From: Pontiella sp.
GTDB lineage: Bacteria > Verrucomicrobiota > Kiritimatiellia > Kiritimatiellales > Pontiellaceae
Reading direction: 5' to 3' (one strand)
Assembly (NCBI RefSeq): GCF_041583075.1
Contig: NZ_JBFHGN010000007.1
Length of the DNA stretch: 24,000 nt
Shown piece after piece: positions 14,537 to 20,411 of the stretch (position 1 is the first letter of the stretch; the number at the start of each line of letters is the position of its first letter). The notes under the pieces were generated by a model. It worked only from the letters and a program-made list of their open reading frames with translations. It did no database searches and was not told the origin of the DNA. The translations under genes and the position numbers were made by a program.

Positions 14537-15727
14537 ATGAGGAATAGTTGCAAATACTTAGTTGCAATGGTTTTGCTATCTTCCGGTGCGTCAAGGGTCG
14601 GGGCGGATGGTTACAGGAATCCGCCGCCAACCGCAGAGGGCTTGGCGAAGGGGAGCGCAAACGCGGCCTTTGTGGACGATGCGTCCGCCACATTCTACAA
14701 TCCGGCCAATCTAGGGATGCAGACGGAAAAGTCGCTGGTGGTGGCCGGGACGTTTGCCCGTTCCGAAACCACATACTCGCCATTGCCCGGCGTTGAGCTT
14801 AAATCGGACGATCCGTTGCAGGTGCTTCCCAATATTTTCTATTCGCAACCTGTTGGGTTGGAAGGCTTGGTTGTGGGGCTGGGGCTCTCGACTCCGTATG
14901 GGCAAAACGTTTCATGGGATGCCGCGAAGCTGGTAAGTCCAGCCACCGGGGTTGTCGAAGCGGTTCCTTATGAGGCGGAAGTGGTCGTGCTGAATATCAA
15001 CCCGACGGCGTCCGCCAAGTTGCGGGAAAATCTTTATCTGGGTATCGGCGCGGATATTTTCTATTCGGACTTCACGCTGAAAGCCCTCTTTCCGTCGGGC
15101 GATCCAACTGCGCCGTTCGATGTCGAGGGTAGCGGCGACGGTTGGGGCATCGGCGCAAACGTTGGCCTGACTTGGCTGCCCGCCGAAGGCCACCGCGTTG
15201 CGCTGACCTACCGCAGCCGCGTCGATGTGACCTATAAAGGCGATTTCAAGGCAGACTACCCGAATACGGGCGATTTCCAGACCACGCTGAAATATCCGAA
15301 CACCTTCGGAGTCGGTTATGGCGTTCAGGTTAGGGACAACGTTCAGGTCGAGGCTTTGGTCGAGTGGTTGGAATGGTCGGTCAACGACACGCAAACGATC
15401 GATGCGGGCGGCGCCGAAATAGCCCTGGACAACAGTTGGGACGATACCTTTACCCTGAACTGCGGGATCGACTGGGCGGCAACCGATGCCCTGGCCGTTC
15501 GCGCGGGTTACACCTATCTGCCGTCGCCCATCCCGGACGGCAGTGCTTCGCCGTTGCTCCCGGATCTCGATCGCCACGTGCTCGGCATTGGTTTCGGATG
15601 CGCGATGGGCATGCACCAGCTCGATCTCGCATATTCCTACAGCATCTACGATGATCGCGAAACGACAACCGGAACTTATGAGGTTGATTCCAATCTCGTT
15701 TCCATGACATATTCCTTGTCTTTTTAG
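14537..15727 (+). CDS. outer-membrane transport protein of the FadL/TodX (OMPP1) family
   Basis: 396 aa. The signal peptide is MRNSCKYLVAMVLLSSGASRVGA. The N-terminal hatch region carries the FYNPANL motif. Alternating beta-strand patterns follow, and the C-terminus is YSLSF. The RBS AGGGGG lies 7 nt upstream. Confidence 0.8.
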   Translation: MRNSCKYLVAMVLLSSGASRVGADGYRNPPPTAEGLAKGSANAAFVDDASATFYNPANLGMQTEKSLVVAGTFARSETTYSPLPGVELKSDDPLQVLPNIFYSQPVGLEGLVVGLGLSTPYGQNVSWDAAKLVSPATGVVEAVPYEAEVVVLNINPTASAKLRENLYLGIGADIFYSDFTLKALFPSGDPTAPFDVEGSGDGWGIGANVGLTWLPAEGHRVALTYRSRVDVTYKGDFKADYPNTGDFQTTLKYPNTFGVGYGVQVRDNVQVEALVEWLEWSVNDTQTIDAGGAEIALDNSWDDTFTLNCGIDWAATDALAVRAGYTYLPSPIPDGSASPLLPDLDRHVLGIGFGCAMGMHQLDLAYSYSIYDDRETTTGTYEVDSNLVSMTYSLSF

Positions 15728-15736
15728 GGACATGAA

Positions 15737-16927
15737 ATGATTGCGGAAACAACGGATAAGTTGGGAACGGTATTGGTCATCGACGACGAGCGCGGACCGC
15801 GCGAAAGTCTGAGGATGGTTCTCAAATATGATTACGACATGTTCTTGGCCGAGCGCGTCGATGCCGGAATCCAACTGCTGCGCGAGCAGGAGCCCGACCT
15901 AGTCATCATGGATATCCGCATGCCCGAGAAAAGCGGGATCGAGGGGCTGCAGGAAATCCGCGAGATCAATCCGAACGTCTCCATCGTCATGCTTACGGGC
16001 TACGGCGATCTGGAAACCGCCCAGCAGGCCATCCGCTTCGGAGCCAACGACTATCTCCAAAAACCGTTCGATATCGACGAAATTCAAGCCGTCGTGAAAA
16101 AGTATGTCGAGCGGTCCAAGTTGCATTCCCGCAAGAGGCAGGCGCAGGAAGAGCTGAACAAGATGACCCAGTCGCTCAGCCGGGAAGTCGGCAAGACCAA
16201 CAAGCTGACTTCTCTGGGTGCGGCCTCGTCGGAGCTGGTACGCGACCTGCGCAACCCGCTCACCATCATCCGCGGCTACCTCGACCTGCTGAACTACGAA
16301 TTGAAGGAAAAGCAGGAATCGACCTCCGAGGAAATGAGCGAATACCTCGACCAAATCGAAACCAACGTGGAGCGTTGCGCGGAGTTGGTTGAATCGTGGC
16401 GTTCGCTCGGTCGCTTCGATTTTTCGCAGTTGCAACGCCTAAACCTGCCTAAGCTCGTGAGCGATTGCTTCCGTGATGCCGCCGCCCATTCCGAAATTTC
16501 CTTCTCTGTCCAGGTCGAAGGGCCGGAAGACCAATATGAGATGCTCGGCGAGCGCCTGCAGGTCAAGCGTGCCTTTCAGAACCTGATCGACAACGCTGTC
16601 GAAGCTCTTGATCAACAATGCTCGCCCGTCATCGTCGTTGTTTTTTCGATGACCAACAACGACATCGACGTCAAGGTCAAGGACAACGGCTGTGGGGTGG
16701 ACCCGCAAAAGATACGCTGGATTTTCGAGCCGTTCGACACGGCCGCCACCATTGAAAAGGGGGCGGGGTTGGGGCTGTTCATCACCAAGAAGGTGATCGA
16801 GGAGCACCGGGGCTCGTTGCAGTTCGAGAGCCGGGTCGGCGAAGGTTCGGTCGTCACCGTCAAGGTTCCGCAGGCCCATACCGCCTTGGGCTATTTTTCC
16901 AGCCCCGAATCTTTGGTCCAGGCCTAG
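15737..16927 (+). CDS. response-regulator receiver fused to a HisKA-like/HATPase_c kinase core that lacks the phospho-acceptor His
   Basis: The receiver is canonical: VLVIDDE, LVIMDIRMP, MLTG and LQKPF. The DHp-like helix reads SSELVRDLRNPLTIIRGYLDLL, with R169 in the place of the H-box His. The ATP-binding boxes are intact: NLIDNAVEAL, DNGCGV, FEPF and GAGLGL. Confidence 0.85.
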   Translation: MIAETTDKLGTVLVIDDERGPRESLRMVLKYDYDMFLAERVDAGIQLLREQEPDLVIMDIRMPEKSGIEGLQEIREINPNVSIVMLTGYGDLETAQQAIRFGANDYLQKPFDIDEIQAVVKKYVERSKLHSRKRQAQEELNKMTQSLSREVGKTNKLTSLGAASSELVRDLRNPLTIIRGYLDLLNYELKEKQESTSEEMSEYLDQIETNVERCAELVESWRSLGRFDFSQLQRLNLPKLVSDCFRDAAAHSEISFSVQVEGPEDQYEMLGERLQVKRAFQNLIDNAVEALDQQCSPVIVVVFSMTNNDIDVKVKDNGCGVDPQKIRWIFEPFDTAATIEKGAGLGLFITKKVIEEHRGSLQFESRVGEGSVVTVKVPQAHTALGYFSSPESLVQA

Positions 16928-16933
16928 TTCGCC

Positions 16934-18544
16934 ATGTCAAATGTCCTCTCCGTCGCCATCGCCGCTTGGGAAACCGAACTCGGCGCGGATGCAGTAATTG
17001 CCGATGCAGAGGGGCTTCGTCTCTACACCCCAAGCGTATGCGCTTCCGAGCGGCAGGTTGTTGCCGTGCTCAAACCCGCTTCTGCCGAAGAGGTGCGTCG
17101 CATCGTTGCCGTGGCCAACGACCATAAGGTTCCACTCTATCCGATCAGTACGGGAAAGCAGTGGGGTATGGGTTCGCGGCTTCCTGTGCGCGACGGAGCG
17201 GCGATCGTCGACCTCTCCCGCATGAACCGGATCATCGAGATCGATGTTCAATATCACTATGCCGTTGTTGAGCCCGGGGTTACGCAAAGGCAGTTGCTGG
17301 ATCATATTGCTGAACACAACCTGCCACTGATGCTCAACGTTACGGGTTCCGCATCCGAGACCAGTTTGATTGGTAATGCGTTGGATCGGGGGGTGGGCTA
17401 TTTTGATTCGCGCGTCGAGGGCATGTCCAGCATGCAGGTTGTACTCGGCAACGGCGAAACCATCCGAACCGGGTTCGGGCATTATGAAAATGCAAAAACG
17501 AAGAATCTCCATCCCCCCGGCATCGGACCGTCGCTGGACGGCCTTTTTCCGCAAGGGAATTTTGGAATCGTAACGTCCGCCTGTATCGATCTGATGCCGA
17601 AACCCGAAGCGCACATGGCGGCCATTATTAAAATCGACGCCGAGGAGCGGTTGCCTTTGCTCATCGATGCGCTTGTGCAATTGCGTTCACGCGGGGTGTT
17701 TCTAACGGTGGCGCATGTCGGCAACCGCGAGCGGTCCTATGCCACCCTGGCTCCGCTTCTCTATGGACAGCTGGTTGAAGGGGGCGATCCGGAAGGCGCC
17801 GCGACCCGGGAAAAAGCCATCCGGATGCTTGAGGATGGCGGCTTCGGTCCGTGGAGCGCAGCCGTCGGTGTACTCGGCACCAAGGCCCAGCTCAAGCTGG
17901 CCAAGAAGGAGATTCGGAAATCCTTAAAGCATTTTGCCAAGACCATGTTTCTTGACGATGCCTTGGTCGAGAAAGCCATGGCTCTCGGAGAGGCCCTTTC
18001 CTTCATACCTTTTGTTCGAAAGCAATGGATGATGCTCCGGGCCGCTAGGACGGTGTATGGCTTTACCCGTGGCGAGACAACCGATGAAACCCTTAAGTCC
18101 GTTTACTGGTCGGCGGGGGATTATGACCATCTTGACGCGCCCAATCCCGATGCAAGCAATAGCGGGGTGTTGTTTTGCGTGCCGATTGTTCCTGCATGCG
18201 GAAAAGACGTCTTCGAGGTGGCGGATTGCACTCGCGAAACGTTTTCCCGTCACGGCTTCGAGGCTGCCATAACCTTCAATCTTATGAATACCAAGGCCAT
18301 GGAAGGTGTGGTTAGCCTCTCGTTCGACCGTCGCAGCGGCGATCGGGTTGCCGCCGCCAAAGCCTGTATCCAGGAGATGGAAACGCGCTACTTGGAGATG
18401 GGCTATCCTCCTTACCGGGTCGGCATCAACTCAATGCCAACGGTGGTCAACGAAGACGATCCATTCTGGCGAACGGTTCGCGACCTCAAAAAGGTGCTGG
18501 ACCCCAACCATATCATTTCCCCAGGACGCTTCAACTTGGTCTGA
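16934..18544 (+). CDS. FAD-binding oxidoreductase, PCMH-type (VAO / p-cresol methylhydroxylase-like family)
   Basis: 536 aa. The N-terminal FAD_binding_4 pattern is VVAVLKPASAEEVRRIVAVANDHKVPLYPISTGKQWG...IVDLSRMNRIIEID...AVVEPGVT. The C-terminal motif LDPNHIISPGRF is typical of FAD-linked oxidases. It starts 6 nt after the upstream gene. Confidence 0.75.
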   Translation: MSNVLSVAIAAWETELGADAVIADAEGLRLYTPSVCASERQVVAVLKPASAEEVRRIVAVANDHKVPLYPISTGKQWGMGSRLPVRDGAAIVDLSRMNRIIEIDVQYHYAVVEPGVTQRQLLDHIAEHNLPLMLNVTGSASETSLIGNALDRGVGYFDSRVEGMSSMQVVLGNGETIRTGFGHYENAKTKNLHPPGIGPSLDGLFPQGNFGIVTSACIDLMPKPEAHMAAIIKIDAEERLPLLIDALVQLRSRGVFLTVAHVGNRERSYATLAPLLYGQLVEGGDPEGAATREKAIRMLEDGGFGPWSAAVGVLGTKAQLKLAKKEIRKSLKHFAKTMFLDDALVEKAMALGEALSFIPFVRKQWMMLRAARTVYGFTRGETTDETLKSVYWSAGDYDHLDAPNPDASNSGVLFCVPIVPACGKDVFEVADCTRETFSRHGFEAAITFNLMNTKAMEGVVSLSFDRRSGDRVAAAKACIQEMETRYLEMGYPPYRVGINSMPTVVNEDDPFWRTVRDLKKVLDPNHIISPGRFNLV

Positions 18545-18561
18545 AGCGCCCTGCCGGGCTA

Positions 18562-18579
18562 CGGATTCTATTGAATCCG
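18562..18579. terminator. hairpin at the convergent gene junction (possible terminator)
   Basis: CGGATTC (18562-18568), loop TATT, then GAATCCG (18573-18579). There is no clear U-tract on either side. It overlaps the stop codon of the U32-like gene. Confidence 0.3.
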
Positions 18580-19662
18580 CTTATATGGATCGTTCTGGGT
18601 AAGGAACTGGGCCCCGGCGGCAAGAACCTCTTCTGCGCCCGTGCCGGCGAGCGCTTTCTTGGCGAAGCGATCGCAATAGCAATGTTCCGCGCAGTTCTTT
18701 GTGCAGAAGTGGTCTTGTTCGACAAAGGGTTTGAGGAAGCCATCCAGCTTCTGGTTATCCAGCTTAATCTTCAGCGGGTTGACCGGGGAAAACAGGAAAA
18801 GCAGTTCAAAGAGATTGCCGTCGTACGATTCGTCGATATAGCTCTGCAGGGCCCGCAAGGGATCGCCCGTCACGACTGTCGTCCGTCCCTGAATCTTGAA
18901 GTATTCAATGCCGATGTCGCTATAATATTTTAGATCCTCCGGGCGAATCCACGCCGCCTTCATCAATGTGCTCGGATCCTTGTGGGTGCGCAAGGCACAG
19001 CGGTGTGTGTAGAAATCGCTGCCCATGCCGTTGGCTTCGCAAATGGAATCGCCCGCAATCTGGTTGTAGTGGAAGATGCGGTAGGAGCAGTCTTGCTGGC
19101 AGAACGAGTTGATGATGATTTCCACCTTGTCGCCGAATACGTCCACGATGCTTTTCAGCGTCTTGAAATCGCGGGTGATCGACTCGTCGACCACGATGCG
19201 TTCAACACCGCGCCGTTTCATCTCCAGCGCTTTGTTCGCATTGTTGATGTTGCAAAGAACCGAAGCGCGAATGGCAAATCCCGGTTCCATTTCGGCCGCA
19301 ATCTCGATCAATCCCGGGAGCGAGAGCGTCAGGCTGCGTATTCCCGCATCATAGAGCTCGGTGAGGAAGCGCCGATATTCGGCTACGCCCTCCTTGGTGA
19401 ATTCCATGTTGTTCATGTAGGGGGCATTGATCGTATAGTTGAAATCAATGTTTAGCTTGGCCGAATGGGCTACATACGCTTTCAGTTGGCTCAGGTCTAT
19501 TGGGGGTAGATGCTGCGTTGTGCGGCCCGACCCAAAATGGTTGTCCACTGAAATATTTCCATAGGTTTCGGCAATCCTGGCGTCGTCGTGGGTGCGGTTG
19601 ATTTCCGCATAGGCATCGAGGGTTTCCGTTTTAAAGTCCGCAGGCATGCAGAAGTATTTCAT
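18568..19662 (-). CDS. U32-family (collagenase-like peptidase / Fe-S hydroxylase family) protein, putative
   Basis: 364 aa. The overall pattern recalls short U32-type TIM-barrel proteins: FCMPADF..E.LD, ETYG, FNYTINA, LTLSLPGLIEI, VVDESITRDF and IINSFCQQDCSYRIFHYN. There are two Cys clusters: C-x3-C in the core and C-x3-C-x3-C-x-C near the C-terminus. The strict U32 signature is not matched exactly. Confidence 0.5.
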   Translation of the reverse strand: MKYFCMPADFKTETLDAYAEINRTHDDARIAETYGNISVDNHFGSGRTTQHLPPIDLSQLKAYVAHSAKLNIDFNYTINAPYMNNMEFTKEGVAEYRRFLTELYDAGIRSLTLSLPGLIEIAAEMEPGFAIRASVLCNINNANKALEMKRRGVERIVVDESITRDFKTLKSIVDVFGDKVEIIINSFCQQDCSYRIFHYNQIAGDSICEANGMGSDFYTHRCALRTHKDPSTLMKAAWIRPEDLKYYSDIGIEYFKIQGRTTVVTGDPLRALQSYIDESYDGNLFELLFLFSPVNPLKIKLDNQKLDGFLKPFVEQDHFCTKNCAEHCYCDRFAKKALAGTGAEEVLAAGAQFLTQNDPYKRIQ

Positions 19663-19759
19663 ATCGGGCTCCGGGTTGAGATTTGCGATTTGATAACATA
19701 CTACCGATGGGGAAACGCTTCGACAACCGGTTTGTCGTCAAACATTCCACACTTGCGCG

Positions 19760-19787
19760 TTGAAAAAGATTTGGACGCTGTTAAGAT
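19760..19787 (+). promoter_or_regulatory. candidate sigma70-type promoter for plsY
   Basis: TTGAAA (19760-19765), 16 nt, then TAAGAT (19782-19787), about 33 nt upstream of ATG 19821. Confidence 0.4.
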
Positions 19788-19820
19788 GTCAAGAGTATGC
19801 CAGTACGGGGGGGTGGAAGC

Positions 19821-20411
19821 ATGGCCGGCAGGGATGCCATATGTATATTGATCGCCTATTTGCTGGGCGGCGTATGTACGGGTTACTACGTGGTTCGGTT
19901 GAAGTCGGGGCTCGATATCCGGGAACACGGAAGCGGCGGCGTGGGGGCGCGCAACGTGGGCCGCATTCTTGGAAAGCCGGGGTTTGTCGTCACCCTGCTC
20001 GGCGACTCGCTCAAGGGGGTGGTTGCCATACTCCTTGCCCGCAAGTTCGAGATCAGCGAAGCCGCCGTAGCCCTGGTGGTGGTCGCCGTCATCGCCGGGC
20101 ATATCTGGCCGCTACCGTTGCAGTTGCGCGGCGGTCGCGGAATCGCCACCGCCATTGGCGCCTATCTGGCATACGATCCCTACCTGGCGTTGCTGTTGCT
20201 CGGTTTGACCGTGGTGCTAATGGCGTTTCGCCGCGGATTCATCCTGAGTGGTTTGGCGGCGTTTCTCGTGCTGCCCGCCGCGGCCTTCGCGCTCAATCGG
20301 CCCGGTCATACGGTTGCGGCGCTGGCGGGGGCGTCGGTCATTATTCTTTTCGCTCATCGCGAACGCATCCGCCAGGCGTTTACCGAAGTATTACCCCAAA
20401 AGGAGGCCTAG
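19821..20411 (+). CDS. plsY: glycerol-3-phosphate acyltransferase PlsY (acyl-phosphate dependent)
   Basis: A polytopic membrane protein with the PlsY motifs AYLLGG, HGSGGVGARNVGR, DSLKG and GHIWPL....RGGRGIATAIG. I chose the start at ATG 19821, the second Met of the track ORF, to match the usual PlsY N-terminus. Confidence 0.88.
   Translation: MAGRDAICILIAYLLGGVCTGYYVVRLKSGLDIREHGSGGVGARNVGRILGKPGFVVTLLGDSLKGVVAILLARKFEISEAAVALVVVAVIAGHIWPLPLQLRGGRGIATAIGAYLAYDPYLALLLLGLTVVLMAFRRGFILSGLAAFLVLPAAAFALNRPGHTVAALAGASVIILFAHRERIRQAFTEVLPQKEA

Larger units (their letters stand above)
11940..14580. other. low-GC compositional island (~2.6 kb)
   Basis: Hand counts of 60-nt lines inside give about 33-48% G+C (for example lines 11941, 12001, 12721, 12781 and 13321). 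Flanking lines give about 57-63% (for example 10621, 11221, 14581 and 15001). The left edge falls inside the kinase ORF near codon 383. The right edge falls in the first ~15 codons of the FadL-type gene. Confidence 0.7.

Noticed and set aside
11940-14580. The low-GC island considered as a mobile element or genomic island with its own mobility genes.
   Set aside because: There is no integrase, transposase, tRNA target, terminal inverted repeats or direct repeats. Both boundaries lie in-frame within ORFs. I therefore reported it as a recombinational module swap or possible misassembly.
14912-15874. 320-aa minus-strand ORF opposite the FadL-type gene.
   Set aside because: This is an antisense shadow ORF. 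The plus frame has a signal peptide, an NPA hatch motif and a C-terminal Phe.
15899-17680. Minus-strand ORFs (15899-16435, 16439-16879, 16937-17680) opposite the receiver-kinase and flavoprotein genes.
   Set aside because: These are antisense shadow ORFs with no motifs.
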